The notes beneath the pieces were generated by a model. It was not told the origin of the DNA, did no database searches, and worked only from the letters and a program-made list of their open reading frames with translations. A program made the translations under genes and the position numbers. 64,000 bases of DNA from Oceanispirochaeta sp. (GTDB taxonomy: Bacteria > Spirochaetota > Spirochaetia > DSM-2461). Location of the stretch: positions 96,001-160,000 of the forward strand of contig CAXXXD010000002.1 of NCBI GenBank assembly GCA_963663385.2, read 5' to 3'. How positions within the stretch are numbered: position 1 is the stretch's first letter; each line of letters starts with the position of its first letter. Below, one piece after another: positions 10,357-24,452 of this stretch.

Positions 10357-11244
10357 ACTCTCAATTCTGCTTCTCAATATTGTTCCGGTTTCTTTTCTGC
10401 CGTAGGGAATCCCTGTCAGATAATTCAAAGATTCGGGAGTTTTAGTTATTACGGCTTTTTTTACTTCGATCTCCATAAGCTGTTCTTCCCCTGGAAACAG
10501 GGCTGACAGGTCCTGGATGAAGGGCGGTGTTTTTTCATACACCCACTCTTCGGATTTGAGACTGACAATTTCTCTCTGTACTGTTTCTGTATTCTGAAGG
10601 GTTTTCCAATCTGCGGGAAACAACTGAAAGGATTCCCGGAAAAAAGAGATAACAGAGTCTACCGTCAGATCCTGTACAACCTTTGAGAGAGATATAACTT
10701 TTGAACGTTTTGAGGCTGTTCCGCCCGTTTTTAAAAAATGACGGTCCCTGTCGGGGGTAATGGCTTTTTTCAGCTTTTCCCTATCCGATGTAATCAGAAG
10801 AGTTCCATGATGAAATACCTTATCCTTTTTCAGACGGAAAGCACTCCCGCTTACCTTATATACATCGTCCTGAAAACGGACAGTCAGATCATGGCGTTCG
10901 TTTATGGAGAGGTTTACGCCGGCTTTTTTCATTATACAGCAGATAATCTCAAGGTTCGCCGTTTTGTCGTACTCCTCCTGGGAGCTTATAAATGAAAAAT
11001 TCACATTCCCGGGGTCGTGATACACCGTTCCCCCTCCGCTCTGTCTGCGGACCAGGTGGATAGGTCCCAGAGCGTAAGGCCGGCTTTCAATCCAGGGATT
11101 CTGAAATCGGCCTATTATGACAGAAGGTTCATTTACATAAAGAAACAGCAGGGGCTGCCTGGAATCGAGGGTTTCGAAGAAGTAGTTCTCCAGAGCCAGA
11201 TTCAGATAGGGATTATGAAAAGGTGAGATAAGAACTTTGTGCAT
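10294..11244 (-). CDS. lplA: Lipoate-protein ligase A
   Basis: NPYLNLALE, IGRFQNPW, RRQSGGGTVYHDPGN, KVSGSAF, HHGTLL. Confidence 0.9.
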   Translation of the reverse strand: MHKVLISPFHNPYLNLALENYFFETLDSRQPLLFLYVNEPSVIIGRFQNPWIESRPYALGPIHLVRRQSGGGTVYHDPGNVNFSFISSQEEYDKTANLEIICCIMKKAGVNLSINERHDLTVRFQDDVYKVSGSAFRLKKDKVFHHGTLLITSDREKLKKAITPDRDRHFLKTGGTASKRSKVISLSKVVQDLTVDSVISFFRESFQLFPADWKTLQNTETVQREIVSLKSEEWVYEKTPPFIQDLSALFPGEEQLMEIEVKKAVITKTPESLNYLTGIPYGRKETGTILRSRIESSIGDRRIRDESYSRLVRLIR

Positions 11245-11999
11245 TAAACCTGCAGAACCTCAATACCTGCTTCGATGATCTCTTCAACTATGGATTTTTT
11301 CATGTTTGTATCTGTAATAATCATATCCACGCTGTCTAAAGGGAGAATTTTGACAAACCCTGATTTTCCGTACTTGGATGAATCCGCCATCAGGATCGTT
11401 TTATCCGCCTGCCTCGCCATGTATTTAATAATTTCAGCAGATTCTTCAATGTGAGTTGTCATCCCGTTTTTCAGGGAAAAACCACCGGTTCCCACAAAGG
11501 CATAGTTTACATGGTAGCGTTCCAGATGTGTAAGGGATACGGGGCCGACCAGCGATTCCGATCCGGGTTTAAACTCTCCTCCCACCATTGTGAGATGGAC
11601 AGTGGGATTAACCCGGGCATAGGTAAGGGCCAGGGTTGAATTGGTTACCACATGGATGTTCCGTTTGCCCATCAGATATTTCATAAGCAGGGAGGTCGTG
11701 GTTCCATCGTCAATCATGATGGCGTCGCTTTCTTTAACCATATCCGCTGCGGCTTTGGCAATACGGTTTTTCTCTTCCGGGTGGTTTTTCTGGCTGGCAA
11801 GGATATCCGGGTGAAAAGCCGGAAGGGCGCCTCCTCTCGTTCTGAGTATGAACCCCTTTTCTTCCATGCTGGATAGATCGCTTCGGACGGTTACGGTCGA
11901 GACTTCCAGCAGTTCGCTTATTCTGGTTACAGACAGATTGTAATCGTCAATAAGCATATTGAGAATCTTGTTTTCCCTTTCAGAAAGAAATGGATTCAT
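11244..11999 (-). CDS. DeoR/GlpR-family transcriptional regulator
   Basis: HTH VSTVTVRSDLSSME...RTRGGA, IDDGTTT, VVTNS, ADSSK. Likely start ATG 11999. Its stop overlaps the lplA start (TAATG). Confidence 0.9.
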   Translation of the reverse strand: MNPFLSERENKILNMLIDDYNLSVTRISELLEVSTVTVRSDLSSMEEKGFILRTRGGALPAFHPDILASQKNHPEEKNRIAKAAADMVKESDAIMIDDGTTTSLLMKYLMGKRNIHVVTNSTLALTYARVNPTVHLTMVGGEFKPGSESLVGPVSLTHLERYHVNYAFVGTGGFSLKNGMTTHIEESAEIIKYMARQADKTILMADSSKYGKSGFVKILPLDSVDMIITDTNMKKSIVEEIIEAGIEVLQV

Positions 12000-12197
12000 A
12001 GGAGTACCTCTTTGACTGGACACAGCAGGATTTCCAGCGCTTGCCATTAGTCCAAAAATAACATAATTTCAGAAGAAGAAAAGAAATCCAATATTATTCT
12101 ACTATATTTTTTCATTTAGTCAACCAAATGCTTTCAAAATGCTTGTCAATATCCTTCGGTAATTAAATCGATATAATTTGATTCATTTAGATTAGTA

Positions 12198-12638
12198 GTG
12201 TATTCTAGTACAATGACTTTTGATTACCAGGTTTCCGGAGAGGACTACTCTCTGGCCGGCAGAGCTTCAAGCAGTATTAAAAAGAAACTGAAGCAATTGG
12301 GACTGCCTTCGGACTTAATTAAACGCACCGCTATTTCAATGTATGAAGCGGAAATTAATATGGTTATACACGCCAATGGCGGAGATATTAATGTAAAACT
12401 TGATTCGGATGCCATAACTATTACCCTGGTTGATACGGGACCAGGAATCCCTGACTTGGATCTGGCCATGCAGGAAGGGTATTCTACTGCTTCCGAAGCC
12501 GCAAGAGAGCTGGGATTTGGCGCCGGTATGGGATTAATGAATATTAAAAAGAATTCAGATGTCATGCATGTTCACAGCGAGGTGGGTAAAGGCACTACGG
12601 TTACAATTGTCCTTCATATATCGGAGCAGGGAGAATAG
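12198..12638 (+). CDS. Anti-sigma regulatory factor / Ser-Thr kinase (RsbT-like HATPase)
   Basis: YEAEINMVIHA, DTGPGIPD, GYSTA...GFGAGMGL, GKGT. Confidence 0.85.
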   Translation: MYSSTMTFDYQVSGEDYSLAGRASSSIKKKLKQLGLPSDLIKRTAISMYEAEINMVIHANGGDINVKLDSDAITITLVDTGPGIPDLDLAMQEGYSTASEAARELGFGAGMGLMNIKKNSDVMHVHSEVGKGTTVTIVLHISEQGE

Positions 12639-12643
12639 CTGCT

Positions 12644-13936
12644 ATGTATTATCATTCTGTAACTCTTGACGAAGACAGCTGCAAGGGATGCACTGTCTGT
12701 ATAAAAGGCTGTCCCACCGAGGCTATCCGGGTGCAAAAAGGGCATGCCCTGATTATACCCGAACGCTGTATTGACTGCGGGGAGTGTATCAGGACCTGTC
12801 CCCACAATGCCAAGAAGGCTATTTCAGATCCTTTCAGTATGCTGAAGGACTATGACTATACTGTCGCCATTCCGGCGCCTACCTTGTATGGGCAGTTCAA
12901 GGACAGCTTTTCCTGTAACAGGATTCTGACAGGTTTAAAAGCCCTGGGGTTTGATGATGTATATGAAGTTGCTGCCGCTGCTGAAATTATTACCGGGAAG
13001 ACTAATGAACTATTAAAGCAGAAGAAACCTGGAGTCCCTGTTATTTCTTCCTCCTGTCCCGTTGTTGTCCGATTGATTCAGTCCCGGTTCCCATCCCTTG
13101 TAGATCAGCTGACTCCTATAGTTTCGCCTATGGAACTGAGTGCCAGGATTGTAAAGCATAGAGAAAAGGACCGACCGGGTAAAACGGGAGTCTTTTTTAT
13201 TTCTCCCTGTGCTGCCAAGGTTACGGCGGTAAAGAATCCTCGCGGGTTTCATGAGTCAGCTGTTGACGGAGTCATTGGAATCAAGGATATTTACAAACAG
13301 CTGAATCTGGCTATCAACGAAGTAGTTGAGGAAGAACCTTTAAGCCAGGCGGGTTTTGTCGGGATAAGCTGGGCTCGAACAGATGGGGAAGGATCGGCGG
13401 TATATGCCGAGAATCACATATCTGTAGACGGAATCAATCATGTTATTGAAGTTCTGGAAAACATTGAAAATGGTCATATTCAGGATATTGATTTTGTCGA
13501 GATGATGAGCTGCCCCGGTGGATGTGTCGGCGGCCCCATGACAGTGGAAAACCCGTATATAGCCAAAACACGGATCTATAACAGGGAGCGTCGGAGCAGG
13601 GAGAAAAACCCCGAACCCGTAACAAACCGGATTATGGATGAAGAGGTGAACTACCTATGGGATGAGGAACTGGAACCGCGTTCCATCTTCCAGCTGGATC
13701 AGGATTACAGAAAGGCCATCCTGATGATGGAGGAGATGGAAGGGATTCAACAGGGACTTCCCGGTCTGGATTGCGGTTCATGCGGAGCACCGTCCTGCAG
13801 GGCCCTGGCAGAAGATATCGTTCGGGGAAGGGCTTCCGAAACGGATTGTGTTTTTAAACTGAGAGAGAAAATACGGGTTCTGACCCGGGAGATGATAGAG
13901 CTGGAAAGCCATATGCCTCCGGGATTGGACCGCTGA
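12644..13936 (+). CDS. Putative sensory (group D-like) [FeFe]-hydrogenase with N-terminal 2x[4Fe-4S] and C-terminal FeS domain
   Basis: CKGCTVCIKGCP and CIDCGECIRTCP; H-cluster motifs SSSCP, SPCAAK, EMMSCPGGCVGG; C-terminal LPGLDCGSCGAPSC...C. Confidence 0.85.
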   Translation: MYYHSVTLDEDSCKGCTVCIKGCPTEAIRVQKGHALIIPERCIDCGECIRTCPHNAKKAISDPFSMLKDYDYTVAIPAPTLYGQFKDSFSCNRILTGLKALGFDDVYEVAAAAEIITGKTNELLKQKKPGVPVISSSCPVVVRLIQSRFPSLVDQLTPIVSPMELSARIVKHREKDRPGKTGVFFISPCAAKVTAVKNPRGFHESAVDGVIGIKDIYKQLNLAINEVVEEEPLSQAGFVGISWARTDGEGSAVYAENHISVDGINHVIEVLENIENGHIQDIDFVEMMSCPGGCVGGPMTVENPYIAKTRIYNRERRSREKNPEPVTNRIMDEEVNYLWDEELEPRSIFQLDQDYRKAILMMEEMEGIQQGLPGLDCGSCGAPSCRALAEDIVRGRASETDCVFKLREKIRVLTREMIELESHMPPGLDR

Positions 13937-13955
13937 AACAGGATATAATTATAAG

Positions 13956-14237
13956 ATGTTAACAGTTGTTACTATTATGAGCCTGGGTATGCTGACTGGT
14001 TTCCTTTTACGGCATAAAGCTCATGTATTTAAAAAAGTGGACCAATGGGTAACTTTGACTATTTATCTTCTGCTCTTCCTGCTGGGACTCTCGGTAGGTA
14101 AAAATGAAATTGTACTGAAGAATATACATTATATAGGGGTCCAGGCTCTCATTATTACACTGGCAGCAGTCATGGGCAGTGTCTTCCTGTGCCGGGTTGT
14201 CTATCATTTCTTTTTTAAAAAGAAGGCGGAATCGTGA
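13956..14237 (+). CDS. LysO-family exporter, small N-terminal subunit
   Basis: 3 TM segments, IYLLLFLLGLSVG motif, GTGA overlap with the next gene. Confidence 0.75.
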   Translation: MLTVVTIMSLGMLTGFLLRHKAHVFKKVDQWVTLTIYLLLFLLGLSVGKNEIVLKNIHYIGVQALIITLAAVMGSVFLCRVVYHFFFKKKAES

Positions 14238-14836
14238 AAAACAGTCTTATTATCCTGGGCTTTTTTATCTGCGGAACGCTGCTCGGTATCTCGGGTGTCA
14301 TACCTGACTTTTCTCAGAGCAATGATATGAGTATGTATGTTCTCTATCTGCTTATGTTTCTGGTGGGAGTTGGCATAGGGGGCGATTCTCATGCATGGGA
14401 TGTACTGAAAAATGCCAATCTGAAAATACTGCTGGTTCCGGTGGCGATTGTTGCAGGATCTCTGGGCGGGGCCGCTCTTATTGCCGGTTTTATGAAAGAT
14501 CTGAATCTGAAAGATGTTCTGGCAGTCAGCTCGGGGTTCGGGTATTACAGTCTTTCCAGCCTGTATATAACCAGTGTCCGGGGAGAGATGATGGGAACGT
14601 TAGCTCTGCTGTCCAATATTATGCGCGAGATCTTAACTCTGCTTTTGACCCCTTTTCTGGTTCGCTTCTCCGGGCCTCTTTCTCCCATAGCCTCCGGTGG
14701 CGCTACCAGTATGGATACAACTCTTCCCATAATATCTCTTTATTCGGGGAGGGATTTTGCCGTTATCTCTCTTTTCAGCGGGATTGTACTGACAGTCCTT
14801 GTCCCCTTTCTTGTTCCCTTTATTCTAAGTCTTTAA
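14234..14836 (+). CDS. Lysine exporter LysO family protein
   Basis: SGFGYYSLSS, SNIMRE, GGATSMDTTLP. Confidence 0.85.
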   Translation: MKNSLIILGFFICGTLLGISGVIPDFSQSNDMSMYVLYLLMFLVGVGIGGDSHAWDVLKNANLKILLVPVAIVAGSLGGAALIAGFMKDLNLKDVLAVSSGFGYYSLSSLYITSVRGEMMGTLALLSNIMREILTLLLTPFLVRFSGPLSPIASGGATSMDTTLPIISLYSGRDFAVISLFSGIVLTVLVPFLVPFILSL

Positions 14837-14923
14837 CTGTGGGTGAACCCTCTGTTCTATTGTTAATTTTCTGTTCAGCATAGTATAATTACTGGTCTGT
14901 TTAATTTTAGGAGATGTGAAAGT

Positions 14924-15298
14924 ATGAATACAAGGCATTTGTCCGGAGCAATGATTCTATCTCTTGCTACAATGATTATTGTTATTCTGGTATTGGTTCT
15001 GACTGATGTTCTCCTGATGCCTGAAACGACTCTCGGGTTCTTTCGTATTTTTTTTATAGCTATTGTTTCTGGTGTGCTGCTCTTTCCTTTCTTCTATTGG
15101 ATCCGGTCCCGTATCGGCGAAGATCCGATCCCGGCAACCCGCCTTTCCGATCTGGAATTGAATGACAGGGATGTCAGGGAGGCTGTGAACCAATGGGTCT
15201 ATGTGCACTACGGGAAGAGAGCTGAAGGTGTAATGGATTTTGAACTGGATGACAGCGGTTCTCTTGTCTGTAAAATTACTGTAAGAGATGAACAATAG
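14924..15298 (+). CDS. Hypothetical protein with 2 TM segments
   Basis: RBS AGGAGA; two hydrophobic segments followed by a short soluble tail. Confidence 0.65.
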   Translation: MNTRHLSGAMILSLATMIIVILVLVLTDVLLMPETTLGFFRIFFIAIVSGVLLFPFFYWIRSRIGEDPIPATRLSDLELNDRDVREAVNQWVYVHYGKRAEGVMDFELDDSGSLVCKITVRDEQ

Positions 15299-15413
15299 AG
15301 TTTAAAAAAGAATAGAGACAGGTTCCTTATAAAGTAATTTAAGGTAATGTCGATACTTATAGAGTCTTGTATAGATCGGGGAAAGAAAATATGTAAAAAA
15401 ATCCTGAAAAGGG

Positions 15414-15595
15414 TTTACATAAAAGATGATATCGAATAGTATCATCCTCACGCCCGTCAAACAGGCGTGAATGACTAAATAACGGCATAGAAAAGAATTA
15501 AAATATTTTTTAAAATGCTGTTGACAAGAAACAGCATATACTGCTATAACTTGTATCACATTGGCACGGAAGTTGCTAATGGCTCTTTTAAAGAT
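15414..15595 (+). promoter_or_regulatory. Tandem rRNA promoters and boxA-like element
   Basis: P1 TTTACA-17-TAGTAT (15414-15442); P2 TTGACA-18-TATAAC (15521-15550); boxA-like GGCTCTTTTAAAAG near 15581. Confidence 0.65.
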
Positions 15596-15855
15596 GAATT
15601 AGAGAAGGGAAATTGAAGTATTTGACGAGAGTCAAGACTGCTGCGTACCGGAAACCCGCAGGGTTGAGGAGCGCAGCAACTGGTAGAAATGTTCAAATCC
15701 TGAAACTTTACGGTTGAGGGGTTTGTCCTAGACGTTAGTTTTCTTTAGAGATAAAGGGACTGACTTTCGCTTTCAGCTGTTCAGGATGATTACATCCGCT
15801 TTGCAATGGCTGAGGGTTTTGGTAGAAAGTTATCCACCTTGTGTGGATAAATTAT

Positions 15856-17397
<1,542 letters not shown>

Positions 17398-17637
17398 AGC
17401 GTGAAAGGTATAAGTCTTGAGGTTTGTACGCCTTGAGCAGTGAGTCACTATTTATAGTGCCTATCAGTAGTTACGTTCCTCGGTCTTTGACCTGTGGTAC
17501 GTAACTTGCTTGATTCTCGTTAAATACTTCCAGTTTCCCTTATTTAAATAGAAATCCGTCAATGGACGGTCGGTTTGAACAGCTTGCTGGTTAAATTGTT
17601 TTTACATAGGTAATAGCGAAGGGATAAATAATAATAT

Positions 17638-20562
<2,925 letters not shown>

Positions 20563-20672
20563 TATTATTATTTATCTCTTCAGTTTTATATAAATTGCAA
20601 TCGCTTTGGAAGCTAGGAATACTTCTGGAGAGTGAATGCTTCTTGTCAGGGTAAGACTTGATAAGATTATTA

Positions 20673-20780
<108 letters not shown>

Positions 20781-20786
20781 TTATTT

Positions 20787-20820
20787 GCCCCTTGTCTTAG
20801 GATGAGGGGCTTTTTCTTTT
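20787..20820 (+). terminator. rRNA operon terminator
   Basis: GCCCCTT...GAGGGGC followed by TTTTTCTTTT. Confidence 0.85.
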
Positions 20821-20873
20821 ATAATCGTAAGCGGTAATTCTTCCCACATTGACAGCATTTTAGGACTGATGGA

Positions 20874-22436
20874 TCAGATTGCAATATCTTCAGCAGTTAA
20901 GTTATAGGGAAGTAATTTTTCATAATCACTCTGTTTTTCACAGCAGGGCAATTCCCGGAAGATAAAGTACAAGTAAGCATAAACTGGAAGATTGTTCATC
21001 TTCGCAGATTCAACGAGACTGTACAGAATTGCCGATGATTCAGCACCTTTCGGGCTTCCGGCAAAAAGCCAGTTTTTTCTCCCGATTACGAAGGGTCTGA
21101 TTGCATTTTCAGCGCTATTGTTCGAAGGAGTCAAAACAGGATTTTTCAGATATAGAACCAACTGCTCCCAGTTGCTCAATGTATACTTCATCGCCTTACC
21201 GAACTCTAAAGAAGGAGGTACTTGAGGATAAAGCTTCGTCAGTTTTTTCTGTAACTTATCTAGTATCGGTTCTGCTCTATTTTGTCGCTGTTTATGAAAC
21301 CCTTTTAGCGAATAATTATCCCGTAATGATTCCAGTTCAAACAGATCCTTTATCAGGTCGAGAATTTGCTTTGCTTCTGCATCTTTTTTCTTGGTTGATT
21401 CCCAATATTGGAAGAACTTTCTTCTGGCATGGGCCCAGCATAAGACATGCTTTATATCTCCATCAACTTTTTTTCGGGCAGTATGGTAGGCCTCAAAATC
21501 ATCAGTTTGAACCCAGCCAGAGTAATTTTCCAAGAAATCCAACGGAATTGCATGGGATCGGCCTTGCTCATACTGAAATATGACACATTTTTTATCGGGA
21601 TCTCCTCTGAGAAAGACCCACATCCATGATTTATCTGAAGCTTTTCGTTTCGGTTCCTTTAGAACCTGAACTCTCGTCTCATCGGCATTAATAATGGAAC
21701 CGGATTTAATGTTTTCTTTCAGCAAATCATATAGAGGCTTACATGCCGTTGCCGATTTTATCGTAAGATTGCTCAATGTCGCCCGGGGGATCGGTATGCC
21801 TATCTGGTTTAACCGTTTTGATTGCCTGTAGAAAGGAAGAGCGAACTCAAACTTTTCGCTTATACTCCAAGCGAGCAGGCTTTCATCGGCAATACTGCCC
21901 GCGACCAGATGCTTTGCTCCTTCTGCGGTCTGTACAGCAGCTTCATCAAGAGTCGTCCCTTCACAATTCTTGCAGGAGTACTTTTTTCTACGTTCCTGAA
22001 TAACAACGACTTTTGACGGAATAATTTTTGCTCTCTCGGAAACATCTTCACCGATACAGGTCTTTTCTGTTCCGCAGGCACAGATCTTATCTTTATCCGG
22101 AATATCATATTCCACGATCTCTCTCGGCAGATCTGCCGGCAGAGGTTTCCGGCCGGATTTTTTAATATTTTTCTTGTAGGAACCGACCTCAACCGTTTCA
22201 ATAACATTTTTCTCCTGCTCTTCATCATTCTGAGCAAAAGCACTATCTTCCGCTTCATTGAAGAGAGAAGCTTGTTTCTTATCTTCGGCAGTTATCTTCT
22301 CTGATTTTGTTCCAAAGTGCAGGAGGTTCAGTTTTGCTACTTGCTCCTGGAGAATGGCATTAAGTCTTTTCAGTTCAGCAATTTCTATTTTTTGTGCATC
22401 AAGTTGTTCTCTTAAATGCTGTTCTTCATTCTCCAT
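20874..22436 (-). CDS. tnpC: IS66 DDE transposase TnpC
   Basis: Leucine zipper plus FGTKSEK, GRKPLPADLPRE, Zn finger, ADET, CWAHARRKF, SNNSAENAIRP...GRKNWLF. Confidence 0.95.
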   Translation of the reverse strand: MENEEQHLREQLDAQKIEIAELKRLNAILQEQVAKLNLLHFGTKSEKITAEDKKQASLFNEAEDSAFAQNDEEQEKNVIETVEVGSYKKNIKKSGRKPLPADLPREIVEYDIPDKDKICACGTEKTCIGEDVSERAKIIPSKVVVIQERRKKYSCKNCEGTTLDEAAVQTAEGAKHLVAGSIADESLLAWSISEKFEFALPFYRQSKRLNQIGIPIPRATLSNLTIKSATACKPLYDLLKENIKSGSIINADETRVQVLKEPKRKASDKSWMWVFLRGDPDKKCVIFQYEQGRSHAIPLDFLENYSGWVQTDDFEAYHTARKKVDGDIKHVLCWAHARRKFFQYWESTKKKDAEAKQILDLIKDLFELESLRDNYSLKGFHKQRQNRAEPILDKLQKKLTKLYPQVPPSLEFGKAMKYTLSNWEQLVLYLKNPVLTPSNNSAENAIRPFVIGRKNWLFAGSPKGAESSAILYSLVESAKMNNLPVYAYLYFIFRELPCCEKQSDYEKLLPYNLTAEDIAI

Positions 22437-22475
22437 ACGGGGAATTCTATCAAAGTTTCTATAATTATAAAATCT

Positions 22476-22820
22476 CTAAATACGGGAATATGATAATTTT
22501 TTATGCGCTTTGAAAAAGTCTATTCCCGTCAGGAGCATTTTCAATTCATCCATGCTGATCTCTTTAGCATCTTCATCTGTTTCCGGCCAGGGATATCTGT
22601 TCTCTTCCAGTCTCTTCTGCCAGAGACAAAAACCGGTATTATCCCAGTAGACAATTTTCAGAAGTTTTCTCTGCCGGTTACAAAAGAGGAATAGCGATTT
22701 GGCGAATAAATCATGATTCATTTCATTCTGGATAAACAGAGATAATCCGTTGATCGCTTTTCTTAAGTCTGTCGTGCCGGGTCTCAGAAAGATCCGGTAT
22801 TCGTTCAGGTCAACAAACAT
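22476..22820 (-). CDS. tnpB: IS66 accessory protein TnpB
   Basis: TDLRKAINGL, LFLFCNR, KIVYWDNTGFCLWQKRLE. Confidence 0.95.
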   Translation of the reverse strand: MFVDLNEYRIFLRPGTTDLRKAINGLSLFIQNEMNHDLFAKSLFLFCNRQRKLLKIVYWDNTGFCLWQKRLEENRYPWPETDEDAKEISMDELKMLLTGIDFFKAHKKLSYSRI

Positions 22821-23168
22821 TACAACTCTCTCAGAATCTTCAGAAGATCTATCAGGGATTGCCTGTTATAACCTGATGCCAGATCCAATGAGAAATCCTT
22901 GTATCTGAGTATCATTGTGGGGTTTTGTGGCTGTAATACCGGGGCTTTCTGTTTGATTTCAATAAAACTGCTTTTCTTTAATTTTTTTCGATTCTTGTAG
23001 AAAGATGTATAGTGAACTCCTTTATCTGCGCAGAACTCAGAAATTGTGAGCAACGGTGCTAGAGTTCCTACATTCAGCGGCGAAAAAGTTCCGCTTTTAC
23101 TGACATAAAAAGGGGCAAATATCCTAAAGTAGAGATTACCACACCTACTACAAAAGGAACCTGCCCCT

Positions 23169-24452
23169 ATGTGTCAAAAGGAAGATCGCATGCATGTAGC
23201 ACGCATCATGGCCAACGAAGGCCATACTCAAAAGTATATCGCTGAGTATCTTGGTGTCAGCGACCGGATGGTAAGGAAATACCTGAATCCGGACTTCAGA
23301 ACCCGTCCCAGGAAATCCCGGGAAAGCATCCTTAAACCATTCTACCCCATAATAGAAGATACCTTGGAAAATGATCCATACTTCAACCTCGTTTATCTTC
23401 ATGAGAGACTACAAAACTCCGGTTATTCTGGAAAAATGACAATCCTACGTGACTATGCCCGGAAGTACAGGAAGAAACTGATTGAGAAAGCAGTAATCCG
23501 CTTTGAAACAGAGCCGGGAAGACAGGCCCAAGTTGACTGGAAAGAATGCGGAAAAATGGAGATTGATGGCAAACTTCAGAAAGTATATGCATTTGTCATG
23601 CTGCTGGGATATAGTAGGATCCCGTTTGTCCTTTTCTCCTTGGATATGACCTCGCCGACATTGCTCCAAGCCCATCTGATGGCATTCCGGTTCTTCGGTG
23701 CTGTTCCGAAGGAAATTCTTTACGACAACATGAGAACAGCCTGGTACAACAACGGCGGTGTCTGGCACGTGAACTCAAAGCTCCTGGCCTTTGCTTCAGC
23801 CTGTGGTTTCACTCCTCTTCGCTGCCAAGTTCGTAGACCGCAAACTAAGGGAAAGGTAGAGCGTTTTATCGGTTACCTGGGCCACAACTTCTTGATCCGT
23901 GAAGAAGCAATGAAGAGCCGCTCAATAAACGATTTAAACCTGACTGTCTCCAAATGGATCAAAACAGTAGTGGAACAGCAGATGAGCCAATTTAAACAGA
24001 CTCGAAAAGAGAGATTTGAGTACGAAAGGCAGTTTATGAACCCTTGGAACCCTGAGGCAGCTCCAGATGTAAGGCTGGTTAAAGAACTGCTTGTCTCCAG
24101 AGAAGGGTTTATTCGTTTTGAATCAAACAAGTACAGCATTCCCGCGGACTTCATAGGACAAGTTGCGACACTGAAAGTAGATACGCTGGCAAGAACTGCC
24201 GCTATCTTCATTGATGGGGCCCCTGTTAGAACCTTCAAGCTTCTGACAAAAGGTGCGAAATTAGAATCTATCCGAAAGATTGATACCGACTCACTGGTTA
24301 AACGCTGGAAGAAAGAGAATCGCATGACAAAAAGGAATGTCGTTGCCAGTGTCCCGGAAATAAAGAATACTCCCAGGTCATCATTGATGCATACAGAGGT
24401 TGATACACGCCATCCTGAAAGCTACGACAAGCTTATGGGGGTAACAGCATGA
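23169..24452 (+). CDS. istA: IS21 transposase IstA
   Basis: N-terminal HTH, RFETEPGRQAQVDW, LGYSR, YDNM, PQTKGKVER. Confidence 0.95.
   Translation: MCQKEDRMHVARIMANEGHTQKYIAEYLGVSDRMVRKYLNPDFRTRPRKSRESILKPFYPIIEDTLENDPYFNLVYLHERLQNSGYSGKMTILRDYARKYRKKLIEKAVIRFETEPGRQAQVDWKECGKMEIDGKLQKVYAFVMLLGYSRIPFVLFSLDMTSPTLLQAHLMAFRFFGAVPKEILYDNMRTAWYNNGGVWHVNSKLLAFASACGFTPLRCQVRRPQTKGKVERFIGYLGHNFLIREEAMKSRSINDLNLTVSKWIKTVVEQQMSQFKQTRKERFEYERQFMNPWNPEAAPDVRLVKELLVSREGFIRFESNKYSIPADFIGQVATLKVDTLARTAAIFIDGAPVRTFKLLTKGAKLESIRKIDTDSLVKRWKKENRMTKRNVVASVPEIKNTPRSSLMHTEVDTRHPESYDKLMGVTA

Noticed and set aside
13956..14836. Split LysO as a frameshifted pseudogene
   Set aside because: A two-gene LysO arrangement is common, and the genes show a clean GTGA overlap.
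17398..17637. tRNA in the 16S-23S spacer
   Set aside because: No T-loop GTTCRA or cloverleaf seen; only processing stems.
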